DNA of 64,000 bases from Selaginella moellendorffii (GCF_000143415.4 NW_003314287.1:456203-520202), one strand, 5' to 3'. Counted from the first letter of the stretch, positions 11,303 through 25,233 are shown. Translations and numbers: made by a program. Notes: a model not told the origin generated them from the letters alone.

Positions 11303-13421
11303 ATGGCCGTGGTGTCCGCGAGGCTACAATGCGCTCGCGAGGATCAATTCGCGAGGGAATCCTCGGATCATCTGGCGAAAAGGCAGCGCCCAGGCAAGGC
11401 GCGCACGGTTCCGAGGATCGATGCCGCGGAATCAAGCAGGGAAGCGCTGCGCATTGCGGTGGATCGGCTGGAGCGATTGTCGAACGAGGAGGAGGAGGAT
11501 CAGACCGGCACTTGCGTTTCACTTCTCAAGCTGTGCGGGGATTCCAGAGCGCTGGCCGAGGGCCGCCGCCTCCACGCTCACATCGAATCAGGGTTTGGTG
11601 TCCCATCGCGGCACAGGACAATGCTCGCGAATCTCGTCGTCCGGATGTATGGCAAGTGCCGGAGCATCGATGAGGCAAGGAAGGCTTTCGAAGGAATCGA
11701 CGAGCGGGATCGAGATCTCTTCTCGTGGAACATGATGATCGCGGCATTAGCCGAGAACGGGCACCTGGAGGGAGCCCAGGAAATCTTTGAGAGGATGCCA
11801 GTAAAGGATGTGGTGGCTAGAACAGCCATGGTGGCCGCGCATGCGAATTTTGGGAGTCTAGAGGACGCAAAGAACGTCTTTGATAGCATGCCAGTTCGCG
11901 ACGTTGTGGCATGGAGTGCTATGATCACGGCATTTAGCCAAAGAGGGCATTGTCGCGAGGCCCTTCACACTTACCGGATCATGGATCTCGAAGGGATGAA
12001 ACCCAACGACATAACCTTCATCAGCGCTCTAGATGCTTGCGCAGGTATGAAACTTTGCTACCTCATTGTTGGTCTTTCTTTCCTTCTTTTAGTTTTCATT
12101 CTTTGCTTGTTTCTGGCGCTTCTTTGTGCTTGTTGTGAAAGCTGATCTGGTATTGTCCTGATAATGATTTAAGAGTTTGTGGCTGCTGCGCATCATTGTT
12201 GGTCTCTTTTAGTTTTTATTCTTTCTTCTTGCTTGTTTCTGGCCGCTTCTTTGTATTCGTGTTGCTTGTTGTGAAACCTGGTCTTGGAACCCTGTCCTAA
12301 TACTGATTTTTAGATTTTGTGGCCTTCCAGGATTGACATCTATAGCCGAAGGAAGAGTCATTCACGCAAACATTCTCCAGACCGGCTTTGAAACCAGGCT
12401 CAAAGTTTCGACTGCTCTCGTCAACATGTACGGGAAATGTGGGAGTGTAGAATCCGCAAAACAGGTTTTTGACGGCATGAGTTCTAGAAACTCGTATACT
12501 TGGACAGCAATCGTGTCGGCCAACGCTCAAAACGGGTACTACGAAGGAGCGGTGGTAATGTTCCAGACGATGGAGCTCGAGGGTGTTAAGCCGGATGGGA
12601 TCAGTTTTATCAGCTTGCTCTACGCTTGCAGTCATGGCGGTTTTCTCGGCACTGGAAAGCAGTATTTTTCTTCGATGAAAGCCGACTATGGAGTCCCGCC
12701 CTCTCACAGCCACCACGAGTGCGTGATGGATTTGCTGGGACGAGCAGGGAGGCTGGAAGAAGCAGAGCTTTTGATCGAGAAAATACCATCTACGGGGCAT
12801 GTTTTAGCTTACCGGACTTTACTCGCGGCGTGTAAAATTCACAGAGACGTTGAGAGAGGAGCAAGAGCTGCCGAGAAACTCTTCGTGATCGACTCCAAGA
12901 ATCCATCTCCATACTTGCTGCTGATGAATATATACGCCGCTGCTGGACTGTGGGACTTGGCAAGCAAAGTGAGAAAAGCTCTCAAAGAAAAGGGACTGAA
13001 GAAGGAAGCAGGTTGTAGCTGGATTGTGGTGAAGAGCAAGGTGCACGAGTTTACAGCTAGTGGTGGAAGCGATCATCCCCGGAAAGAAGAGATCTACGCC
13101 GAAGTTCACAGGCTCGAGAGTGAAATGCGTAAAAGATATGGATACAAGCCGGATACCAGCGCGGTGATCTTTGACGTTGATGAGGAGGAAAAGGAACAGA
13201 GGGTGCGGTTCCACAGCGAGAAGCTAGCCATTGCGTTTGGGATAATCAGCACTCCAAACGGAAGCCCGCTGACGATCATGAAGAACTTGAGAGTGTGTGC
13301 CGATTGCCACAGTGCAACGAAGCTGATATCTCTGATCGCTGGAAGAAGCATCCTTGTCAGGGACGGTAACCGGTTTCACCAAGTAAAGGACGGAGTGTGC
13401 TCTTGTCGAGATTACTGGTGA
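11303..13421 (+). CDS. PLS-class PPR protein with E/DYW deaminase domain (organellar C-to-U editing factor), exons 11303-12044 and 12331-13421
   Basis: PPR motifs (MYGKC...A..F, SWN.MI), a PG-box-like AGCSWI, HSEKLA, CADCH and terminal CSCRDYW*. The GT-AG intron at 12045-12330 joins ACAG-LTSI. Confidence 0.93.
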
Positions 13422-13670
13422 TTCGATCTACACTTCTCTCTACAACTTCCATCGCCAAGCCTCGGAAACGGAAGGCTGCACTTTGAGGTAATGATGATGG
13501 TTTTACTTCTTCTCTAATATCCACGTTTATCAGGTTCGAACAGTGATTTGATTTAAACGTCGTTATTTACAAGTTTCCAAGCTCCAAGTCATTGTCGGGT
13601 AAGCTGACTTTGTTTTTCTCGGTGACCTGATGCTCCTAAGTTTTTATTTTTTCTCTCTCCCTCTAGGACC

Positions 13671-15345
13671 ATGGCGCCTAGAACACCCAAGAGCGTTGTT
13701 AAGGTGGATGTAACAAAGCAGCCATGGGAGCAAGACAGTCCTCTTCACAACAGATGGCATCCAGACATTCCTCCAGTTGCTCAGGTTTCGGTAGAGGAGC
13801 TCTTCAGAGTAGAAACAATAGATTGGACTGGAGGCCAAATTCTAGACAATGATTCTGCAGAAGATGTGAAGAACATCGACTTGTCCAGGGTAAGCATTCA
13901 AGCTTTAGTCGTTTGTTTATCTTTCTGTTTGTCTTCCAGGTGCATTATCTGAGTGGGCCGATCCGAGTTATGGACGAGGCTGGCAAGCCTGCAATCCCTG
14001 GTGACATTCTCGTGGTTGAGATATGCAACCTTGGACCACTTCCAGGAGACGAGTGGGGATTCACTGGAACTTTCGACCGAGAGAATGGTGGTGGATTTCT
14101 TACAGACCATTTTCCTTCCGCCACCAAAGCAATCTGGCACTTTGATGGCATTTTTGCATACTCTCGACACATTCCAGGTTAAAAAAAGCTGAAAGTTTGT
14201 CTAATTAGTGTTTCTTCCTCATTTTCTGGACGACAGGGGTTCGTTTTCCAGGACTGATTCATCCGGGACTTATTGGCACCGCGCCGTCGAAAGAACTATT
14301 AGATATCTGGAACAGCCGTGAGCGCTTACTCGTAGAAGAAACTCCGAGCTTGACACTCTGCAGTTCACTTCATACTCGGCCACTTGCGAACTTGCCTCTA
14401 GCAAAAGGAGCTCTTCTTGGAAAGGTTTGTTCTGTTTGAATTAGATCTCTTTTATATATTGTGATTTGCTTCGTTCTCGTAACAGATTCCTCCAGGCTCT
14501 TCCCAGTGGCAAGCAATTGCAAATGAGGCTGCAAGAACGATCCCGGGAAGAGAGAATGGTGGCAACTGTGATATAAAAAACCTGAGCAGGGGCTGCAAGG
14601 TCTATTTCCCAGTGTTTGTGGAAGGAGCAAACTTAAGCATGGGAGACATGCATTTCTCTCAAGGCGATGGCGAGGTCTCTTTCTGCGGAGCAATCGAGAT
14701 GAGTGGCTTCCTCGAGCTAAGGTCCGTTAATCTCGAAACTTCATTTTTCAAACTTTTGATGTTTCCAAACTTTCCAGGTGTGAGATTCTTCGAGGAGGAA
14801 TGGAAAGATATATGACTCCAATCGGGCCGACAAAGCTCCACGTCCATCCTTTGTTTGAGATCGGCCCGCTGGAGCCAAGATTCTCAGAGTGGCTAGTTTT
14901 CGAGGGAGTGAGCGTGGATGAGTCTGGCAAGCAACACTTTCTGGACGCGAGCATTGCCTACAAACGAGCAGTCCTCAACGCGATACACTACTTCTCAAAC
15001 TTTGGATACTCTAAAGAACAGGTAAAATCAAGTTGGTTTTAGAACTTCTTTGTGACAATTTGTTCGACCAGGTCTATTTGCTTCTCTCCTGCTGCCCGTG
15101 CGAAGGACGCATCTCTGGAATCGTGGATGCTCCAAACGCTGTAGCCACTCTCGCCGTCCCGACAGCCATATTCGATCAGGTTGGAGCTCTCTTCTAAAGT
15201 TTCCTTTTTCTCATTTCTCTTCGCACAGGATGTTCGTCCCAAGCGAGGCACTCCAAGCGCTGCTCGTGTGATCCAGCAAGCCAACGTTCCCAAATGCGTC
15301 TACGAAGGCAAACTTCCCATCACCAAAGTTCTCTCGCTGGAATAA
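13671..15345 (+). CDS. Formamidase (FmdA/AmdA acetamidase-formamidase family), multi-exon
   Basis: Motifs LHNRWHPDIP, VHYLSGPI, RFPGLIHPGLIGTAPS, GRENGGNCDIKNLSRG, GDMHFSQGDGEVSFCGAIEM and GIVDAPNA. Short GT-AG introns, e.g. 13890-13939 and 14178-14236. Confidence 0.92.
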
Positions 15346-15948
15346 GGAAAGAGAAGAAGAACCAGTAGAGAATCTACTGTGAAACTTCCGAGGAAGGTCG
15401 TGAGAGCGTTAGACCGTGTCATACCCGATTATAGTACCATAAAAAAATATGGAAGAGAGTCTAACCATGCATGAATAATAATATTAATAATAATAAGTTT
15501 AATAAGTTTAATTGCATGTAATACTTATTATTTTATCATCAAACAAACTTTTACAAAAAAATTAAAATTTATTATTATTAAGACTTTAAAAAGTTTATTA
15601 ATATTTATTATTGACAATAAGTCCTCCTTTCCCTGATTAACTCTTTGCATGCATTTGGATGGGCTGGGTTGCTCTTCTTTTGAAAATGGACTGGAGCTTT
15701 TTCCATTGTGGTGGTGTCGATCAAATCTCCAGGACGAGGAGCAGCAGTAGCAGCAGCACCACCGAGAGATCCCACCACGGTATTGTAATGCTCGCTGGTC
15801 TCCCTCATTCCTCCAATCACCCCTCCCGGAAGAACTTTCGAGTAGCGCTTTGATCACTACTCACTCCTCCTGGTCACTCCTCCTGGTCCCTGGGATGTGA
15901 ATCCATCCGGAAAACGATCCAGCATCCGGAAAAGTGACGAGATCCAGC

Positions 15949-16860
15949 ATGCGTTCCAAAGTTCCCAGAGAAGGCCCGGCCTGGGTGGACGAGTTCCTGT
16001 CCGGCGACTACTTCACCAGCTGCGACTTCCACACCGGCGGCAAGAACGAGCGCAACCAGTTCTGCACCGAATGCTCCGGCAGCGGCCCCCTCTGCCAGTT
16101 CGGCCTCCTCGCCTCGCACTCGGGCCACCGGACTCTCCAAGTCCGCAAGGCCTCACACATGGACTCCATCCGGGTCGTGGACATCCAGCAGTGCCTCGAG
16201 GTCTCGGACATCCAGACGTACTCCATCAACAGCGCCAAGATCGTATTCCTGCTCAGCCGTCCACAGCCCCGTCCCAGCAAAGGAGCTCTCCACGCCTGCC
16301 TGTGCTGCAACCGGGCTCTCTCGGACGACGTCAAGTTCTGCTCGCTTGCATGTAAGCTGGACGTGCTGAGGGAGCAGCCGGAGGACAGATCCATCACGTT
16401 TGCATTGCCGGCCGATGGGGAGGTCGCTGGAGGTGGTGAAAAGGAGCAGCGGCAGCAGCCGCTCGAGGAAGTGGAGCAGAAGTTCTCGTCAGCTGAAATG
16501 GTTTCCACCAGCGAGCAGCAGCAGCACAATCTGCAACAACAGGAACAACACCAACAACAATGGCAGCAAAACGGTGAGCTCGGGACCCAGCAAAAACCAG
16601 CGAAGAGGAAGAGGCTGTCCAAGAGGAAGAAATGGACAGAGAAGAAGGGGATCAGGAAGAAGCAGCCTACCAAGTTGCTGCTTCCAAAGCTCCGCAATCG
16701 GCTGTTGCTCGAGGAGGAGGAGAATGGATCCGGCTGCTTCAAAAGGAAGAACAGTGAGGCATTCCAGGATTCGCCCACCACACCTGAAAAGTTCGAGTCA
16801 ATTTCCACTGCGAAAGCTCGATGCAGAAAAGGCGTACCTCGTAGAGCACCGATGGGGTAG
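15949..16860 (+). CDS. PLATZ zinc-binding transcription factor, intronless
   Basis: PAWV..FL...YF.SC..H...NERNQFC..C, H..H..LQVRK.S, IQTYSINSAKIVFL..RP, C..C.R.L....FCSL.CK and a C-terminal RKGVPRRAP motif. First in-frame ATG is at 15949. Confidence 0.9.
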   Translation: MRSKVPREGPAWVDEFLSGDYFTSCDFHTGGKNERNQFCTECSGSGPLCQFGLLASHSGHRTLQVRKASHMDSIRVVDIQQCLEVSDIQTYSINSAKIVFLLSRPQPRPSKGALHACLCCNRALSDDVKFCSLACKLDVLREQPEDRSITFALPADGEVAGGGEKEQRQQPLEEVEQKFSSAEMVSTSEQQQHNLQQQEQHQQQWQQNGELGTQQKPAKRKRLSKRKKWTEKKGIRKKQPTKLLLPKLRNRLLLEEEENGSGCFKRKNSEAFQDSPTTPEKFESISTAKARCRKGVPRRAPMG

Positions 16861-17255
16861 TAGCCTGGATCATCGATAGAGAATTCAAAGTGCTCGCTGG
16901 ATGGATCAACCTTGAAACGGGCATAAGTTCCACAGGTACTTGTAAACTTTCTTGGAACGTTTTCCTGTTCTTTCGTTAGAAAAGAGAAAAACAAACTAAA
17001 CCATTAGCCTGTGAAGAAGCAAAAAAAGAAAAAGTTCTGTGCAGATCAAAGAGCGCACGTTATGTGAATAACAATAGTTTTTTTCAGAGGTTTGAAGCAA
17101 ACTGGCATCGAATGACTCCAAACAAATGCGCTAGCTGTCTGTAACTACATATATGAGTGCTTAGCTTATTTTGTCCCTACTGGAAATCGTGCTGCTTTGC
17201 CTGCGAATCATGGTTCGTTGCTGGGATTTATTATGGCGAGAGGGAAGTTACCGGA

Positions 17256-17881
17256 TCATCGCAGCTCCGATTTTCTTATCCCATTTATGATCGTCTCCAA
17301 GCGTCCGCTCTCATGAGCTTCGACAGTGTCTGCAACGCACAAACGCCAGTGAGTGGAAAAAAGCACGCAACTAGTTTGCACGAACTCTACGTGCCAACCA
17401 TCCTAGAGGCGACGAGAAAAAAATGTACCATCAGAGCCACCGATGTGTTTACCACCAACGAAAACTTGTGGAACAGTGCGGCGTCCCACTAGGCCTTGCA
17501 ACGCTTCCTGGATCTCGTCTCCATCCTCTAAGAACACCAATTAAAAAACACTGAGAACATCCAGTACGAAAGAAAAAAAAGAATTTTTTCGAGTACCTCT
17601 TAGATCCAGCTCAACAACATGGGGAGTTTCATTCAAGCTCTTGAAAACCGACTTAGCTCTCCGGCAATAGCTGAGATTTCCAAGGGACAAGCGTTAGAGA
17701 CCCCTCCCCACAGCTCGATCGACATAGAATTGAGAACTTACGGGCAATAAGACTTGGAAAAAATCACGATGTCGTGATTATCGATCGTGCTCTTCACAAA
17801 CGAAGGCGCCGACGATCCATCCGCCGCGCGCGTCACGGCGAGCGCCACAATCCCGCACAGCACCACCGCCGGAAACCCCAT
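17256..17881 (-). CDS. Class I (CPYC) glutaredoxin, GRXC3/C4-type; exons 17881-17742, 17670-17597, 17527-17429, 17329-17256
   Basis: Manual splicing gives [16 protein letters not shown]...[16 protein letters not shown]...VELDLRE...[30 protein letters not shown]...KSELR*. It has a signal-peptide-like N-terminus. Not in the ORF track. Confidence 0.92.
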
Positions 17882-17962
17882 TCTCCTCATCCTCGCTGCA
17901 GATAAACCCTAAAAACCGGTGACCTAATTCCGCTCTTGCATTGAATATTCTCACATAAAACC

Positions 17963-20308
17963 CTAACACGTTTCACCATCTCTTTCTTTGTCTTGCTCTT
18001 CCTTGTACGTGTAGAATCGCGCACACACGAGGAACAACGCAAAGTTCACGGCATTGAGACATGCGAGAAGCCAGTAGTAGTAATCGAGATGCCACTGCCA
18101 GCTCTGGTGGAGCCAATTCGTGGACGATCCCACGATGGAATTGAGCGCGCTCGCCAAGAAACTCCCAATCGCGGCTGTGAATGGCAGCAGCGAGCTTCCA
18201 AAGCAGCGCATCCCTTCCGGTGCCTGGCTGTAGAAGAGCTCGATCAATCCAATCGTCCCGAAGATCGACGCGAGACCATACATCGAGAACTGGATCGTGA
18301 GCAAGAACGCGGAGAATCGCGCCCTCTTGGATTCCGCCCTCTTGTGCTCCACGAATCCGGCGACGATCATGGTGAGCGTGGACAGAAAGAGCCCAATCCC
18401 GATTCTCTGGAGATGCGTGGTTCCGCGAGGATTTCCAGTGAGCTTTTGCATCGCTGGGACGTAGACGAGCTCGTAGAAGGGGATGGCGATCATGACGAAC
18501 ACCGAGGAGAGAAACGGGACGGATGGAGCTGGGACCTGGATGGATTTGGAGAGGCTTCTGTCCATCATCAGGGCCTGGACGGTGGAATAGTTGAGGAGCA
18601 CGACGACGGTGCTCATGAGGAGCATCGTGGTGGCGCAGATTGGCAAGAGCCGGATCATCGCCTTGAGCTCCTCGACTTGGGTCACCGTGCACAGCGTCCA
18701 CGATCCCTCCACTTCGTGATCCAGGCCGATCTTCACCGCGGCCTTGTCGAGAAATCTGGAAGAACGAGGACAAGTTAAATCTTTGAAGAGTTTCAAGGAG
18801 ATGGAAGTTTATAGAACTTGTAGCGAAGATAGAAAAGATTTGAGAGAAGTTGGGAAGCAAAGGCCTACGATCTTTGAGAGTTTCAAGGAGCTAAAAGACT
18901 TTCAACTAGCAAAGATGAGAGAGTTGGCAAAGATCTTAGATTCAGAGAGTTGGCAAGCAAAGGCCAGAGTTTCAAGGAGCTAGAAGACTTTCAACTAGCA
19001 AAGATGAGAGAGGTGGCAAAGATCTTAGATTTGAGAGAGTTGGCAAGCAAAGATCTTTGAGAGTTTCAAGGAGGTAGAAGCAAAGATCTTGGAGGAGATG
19101 GGAATGAAAACCTTGCCTTAGTCCATCGGTATGCTGGATCTTGCTACTCCCCGGGATGGCGGACATTCTTCCAGGAACTTCGTAGAGCAAATTCACATCT
19201 TGCGGCAATTCCAGCTTCCTCTTTCGATACGCGGACACGATCACTTGGAGGAGCCTCGTCACTGGGCTCCCGCTCGGCCGCTTTTGCTTGTAGAAGGGCG
19301 TTCCAGCGAAGAACAATGCGTTCCCGGCGGCCATGGCGATGGCCAGGGTGGTGAGCCCCCAGTTCCAGCCGAATTGGACCTGGATGTAGACGACGATCGT
19401 GAGCGCGAGGACGAATCCCAGGTCGAGCGTCATGTAGAGGGAGCTGAAGAACATGCCGAGGTTCTTCTTGTCGCTGGGGTTGCCTCTGTCGAATTGATCG
19501 GCTCCAAAGACAACGATGTTGGATTTGATCCCCCCAAAGCCGATCGCGACGATGAGCAGCGAGACGTAGAGGTATCCCATCTGGAAAGCTGTGGCCTTCT
19601 CGTCTAGGCATTGTTCAGCGTCGTGCTTGCAAATCCTTGGAGAGAGTGGAGCTACCACGGCTCCAGCAGCCAAGAGAATGAGTCCCTGGAAGTATGATCG
19701 TTCCATAGGTGAGATCAAGAATCAAAGTTTGCAGGCGAGACGAAGAACTACCAGAAAAAATCAAACCTTTGCTAGTTGCTAGAGACGAAAAATTATCAGA
19801 AAAATCAAATCTTTGCTAGCGAAGTTGCTAGAGACGAAGAACTATCAGAAAAATCAAATATTTAGCACCAGCGAAGTCGAAGAACTATAGGTTGCTTTGA
19901 TAGCAAAGTTGCTAGAGACAAAGAAAAATCAAATCTTTGCAAGAGAGGGAATGAGAGATCAGAGAACCTAGCTTGAACTTACCAGGAGGTGGACGATCGA
20001 AAAGATGGCGATGGTGGCGTATCGGCCAAGGTAAGCGTCGGCGAGAAAGCCCCCAAGGAGTGGCGTGGTTCCACAAACTCCAAAGAACACTGTGATGATC
20101 GTGCTCGCTTCCAGGGGTGATTTGTGCATCACGTCCATGAGATACGAGACGAAGCTCGTCGCAAAGGTCGTGAAAGCCATTCTCTCGGCAACTTCACTGC
20201 CTGTGGAGAAAATAGAAATCTTTTCCTCGGTTAGAGACTCAGGGATCGTTTTTTCGTGAGCTTACCAAGAACGAAGACTGCTGCAAACCATCCTCCTCTC
20301 TCGGCCAT
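17963..20308 (-). CDS. NPF (NRT1/PTR) nitrate/peptide transporter; exons 20308-20266, 20200-19983, 19685-19117, 18755-17963
   Basis: GGW...EVAER (ExxER), GGFLADAYLGRY, FGADQFD, GSP.TR..QV, FLDKAA, CTVTQVEE.K, LQRIGIGL and FYSQAPE.MR. The exons sum to 1623 nt (541 codons). Confidence 0.92.
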
Positions 20309-20705
20309 GGCGTTCTTCGAGTAAACATTTTAGAAGTTTCTTTCCCAAAGTAAACAGCGTTTTAAACTGGTGGAGAACTTGGTGAGGACCGTCGATCGAC
20401 CTGGAGAAGCATCGGAGCCACAGCCCCGAGATTGCTTCACTTGATCATGCTTCGTCGAAGCCGAAACTTTTTGGCAACTTTGGACGGTCCCTGGAAATCT
20501 AAGAGCGTGATAGGCGAGCAAAAGGACAATGGCAACTCACGACAAGATCGAGAGATTGTTGTCACAGCTCATATCTAGTGCTCATCACGCGTAAACAGGC
20601 AAATAGCGCCAACCAAAACCTCTTGGAACATCAAAACCATCGCGGTGCGAATGGAACAAGTCCATTTGGCTTTAAGTTGTTTTAGTTGGTTTTAGTTCTT
20701 CGGCT

Positions 20706-22403
<1,698 letters not shown>

Positions 22404-22583
22404 TTAATCCCTGTTTAGTTTTAATGCAAAAATGAGATTAGACAAGGTCCCGGGTTCGATCTTTCTTGTTGTTAGGGTTCTTCCATTTCCCGTATCCCGA
22501 GTCGAGGGAATGGAATTTTGGCACAGGGAACGCATGGCGTAAGCTGCCGCGCCCGGCCGCCACGGGTGCTATCGAAATCCGCG

Positions 22584-23881
22584 ATGGAAGTCTCCTCCTG
22601 CGGCTTCAATCCGTGCTTGAATCACAGCCTGCTCGATTTTGGGCCCAGGAAGGGGCAGCGGTGCCAGGTTCTAGGGCACAGAAAATGCAGCTCTCGCGCC
22701 GTGAGCTCTTCCGGTTCTACCGTGTTTTCGATCGATGAGAGAAGGGGCAGGGGATTCTCCAAACCCCATTTCTTGTCGTTCGTTGAGCCTGGAGAGAATT
22801 TCACCTCTGCTGTGATTTTCTCGCGGAGCAAGAAGAGGCGCGCATTTTCTGGTAAGTTCTCGTACGAGTCTCTCGTTTTTTTGGTTCTTGTTGTGTTCGT
22901 GAAGTTAGCCGTGGTGTTGCTTGGTATTCTTTGTGTGTTCTTGGCTAGCGGAAAAAGGAATTTTCTGTTCTTCTTGGTCATGAAAAACTTGTTTATCGTT
23001 GAGCGTTGCATTCTTGGAGAACTTTCTTCCATGATCTAAACATTTAAAAATTTCTCTCAGGTTCTCTGGTAGTCCGAGCAGCACAGAACCATTCCAACGA
23101 TCCCTCCGACGAGAAAGAAGAAAAGGAAGGCCCGGAGAACTCCTCCGACTCCCAGGGCACAGACTGGCGAGCATTCCGCGCGAGGCTGATCGCCAACGAG
23201 CGATCCGTCGAAGAGCAGGACCAGCCCAGCACCTCGGACGCCTCCAAAGCTCCGGAGAACTTCGCAAAGTCTCTTGGGGCTCGCTGGGCTCATCCCATCC
23301 TCAAGCCCGAGGCCGGCTGCGTGCTCATCGCCACGGACAAGCTCGACGAGCTCTCCATCTTCGAGCGGACAGTGATCATCCTCCTCAGCGCCGGATCCAG
23401 CAAAGGCAACGAGGGACCCTTCGGCCTCATCCTCAACCGGCCTCTCCCTCACGTCCTCAAAGACATCCGGCCACAGGACCAAGCTCTCGCCGAGGCGTTT
23501 GGAGAAAGCCAGGTACACTTCGGTGGTCCGCTCGTCTCGGACTTGATCCTGCTGCTGCAAGGAGCCAGCGCCAGGAAAGGCTACCAGGAAGTAGTTCCAG
23601 GGATCTTCTACAGCTCGGCCGAGGGACTGGATCAGGCAGTGAGTATGATCAAAGACAAGGCCTCCGGCGCCGAGGACTTTAGATTCTTCTTCGGCTACGC
23701 CGGGTGGGCGATCGGGCAGCTCGAGAGAGAAGTGGAGGATGGATACTGGTGCGTTGCGGCGTGTAGCACGAATCTCTTCATCTCCGGCTCGGCTGCTAAT
23801 CTCTGGGAGGAAGTGTTGAAGCTCATGGGTGGGCAGTACGCGGAGCTTAGCAAGAAGCCCAAGAAGCGATGGTTTAAGTGA
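22584..23881 (+). CDS. DUF179 (UPF0301/AlgH-like) plastid protein, exons 22584-22851 and 23061-23881
   Basis: Transit peptide, then DWRAFRARL, WAHP..PEAGCVLIA, FERTVI, GLILNRP, FGGP and RFFFGYAGW..GQL..E...GYW. Confidence 0.88.
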
Positions 23882-24045
23882 AGCTCCTTCGTGCCAATAA
23901 GATGGATCTCTTCGTCTAGCTCTTCGTCAAGAAGGGAAGCTAAAGAAAGCTCTCCATTTCGCTGTAAGAGATAAGTGCAAGTTAAAGTGCCTAAGAACCC
24001 TAAAGTGCCAGCAAGAGCCCTACATTTATTTTAGGGCTCCTAGCG

Positions 24046-25233
24046 ATGACGAGGACGCGGGAGCGCGCGATCGCGAGGTCAGTGGCAGGATCTAGCCTCC
24101 TCTTCACCAGAAATCAGCGGCAAATGCGCATGGTGGTGAAGAGCGCCATGGCGCAGCGGCAGAGAAAGAGGGCGAAGCGCCGGAAGAGCAGTGTGGATCT
24201 CCTCCCGGGGCTCATCCACGACGTGGTCTACCAGCAAATCCTCCCGCGGCTGCCCTGGTACCAGCGCCCCGTGATGACGGCCGTGTCCAAGCTCTGGCGC
24301 GCCGCGATGGAATCGCTCAATGCTGAGTTGGGCGCCCGGTCCCGGGAGCTCCAGGATCTTCCCAGGGGCGTGGTGCTGCTCTTCAATGCCGGGAGTGGCA
24401 GCGATGGGATCTTCCAGCAGCAGAGTTTTTTCGAGCTCTTCGACTACTCGGCCGGGACTTGGCACGAGCTTCCTCCACTGCCGGATCGCTCTCCCGAGGA
24501 GAGCGTGGAGGAGTGCTTTTGCTTCGAGCGGTGCATATACGGGATTTTCAAGGGGGAGATCTACAAGCTAGATCTTCCAGCCGGGATTTGGAGGTGGGAG
24601 AAGCTCACCACCAGGACGAGGATCAATGGAGGGGTGGCGGTGGCGTTTATGGAAGATGGGATGCTCTACCTGAGTGGGAAGCGGGCGGAGGTCTTTGTGC
24701 TGGAGAAGCACGACTTGGCCAACCGGTGTGCCAAGTCGATATGCGTCCAGTTGGTCGGCTTCTCCGGCCTCGCGGCGCAGAAGGGCGATGTCAAGTCTCT
24801 CTTTGAAGGCTTCTCCGACTGGAACCGAGTGGCCGGGACGCTGGCGTTCCTCTTCCAGATCAAGCCGCTCAACATCAGCCGGAGCTGCACGGCCCCGGCG
24901 TTTGTGTCCGAGAGGAAGTTCTTGGTGGCGACGAGGAAGTGCTACCTGGAGCTCCACGACTTGGACACTGGGCTGCTCGACGAGATCAACGTCCAGCGCA
25001 AGCTCAGGCTGGTTGTCTCGCACACGATCGTGGCGCTGGCTTACCACGGGGGCGTGATCTACGTTTTGATGCAAGTGGACAAGGGGAGCCATGCGAGCTT
25101 TAGCCTGTGGAGGGGCGAGGCTTGTGGAGATTCTCTGTCTCCGGAGCTTGGGAAGTTCGAGTGGAAGAGGGTGTCATGCCCGCTCAAGTTTGGAGATCAC
25201 TACAACAAAGCTAGCCTGCAGATCTTGTCCTGA
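24046..25233 (+). CDS. F-box protein with a divergent kelch-like C-terminus (start may be at a downstream ATG)
   Basis: LLPGL..DV....ILPRLP......AVSK.WR F-box motif and a W.ELPPLP kelch-like segment in a 395-aa intronless ORF. Confidence 0.78.
   Translation: MTRTRERAIARSVAGSSLLFTRNQRQMRMVVKSAMAQRQRKRAKRRKSSVDLLPGLIHDVVYQQILPRLPWYQRPVMTAVSKLWRAAMESLNAELGARSRELQDLPRGVVLLFNAGSGSDGIFQQQSFFELFDYSAGTWHELPPLPDRSPEESVEECFCFERCIYGIFKGEIYKLDLPAGIWRWEKLTTRTRINGGVAVAFMEDGMLYLSGKRAEVFVLEKHDLANRCAKSICVQLVGFSGLAAQKGDVKSLFEGFSDWNRVAGTLAFLFQIKPLNISRSCTAPAFVSERKFLVATRKCYLELHDLDTGLLDEINVQRKLRLVVSHTIVALAYHGGVIYVLMQVDKGSHASFSLWRGEACGDSLSPELGKFEWKRVSCPLKFGDHYNKASLQILS

Noticed and set aside
16008-16994. 328-aa antisense ORF over PLATZ, and similar antisense ORFs over TMK, SDR and NPF
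   Set aside because: Shadow ORFs of GC-rich coding sequence with no recognisable motifs.
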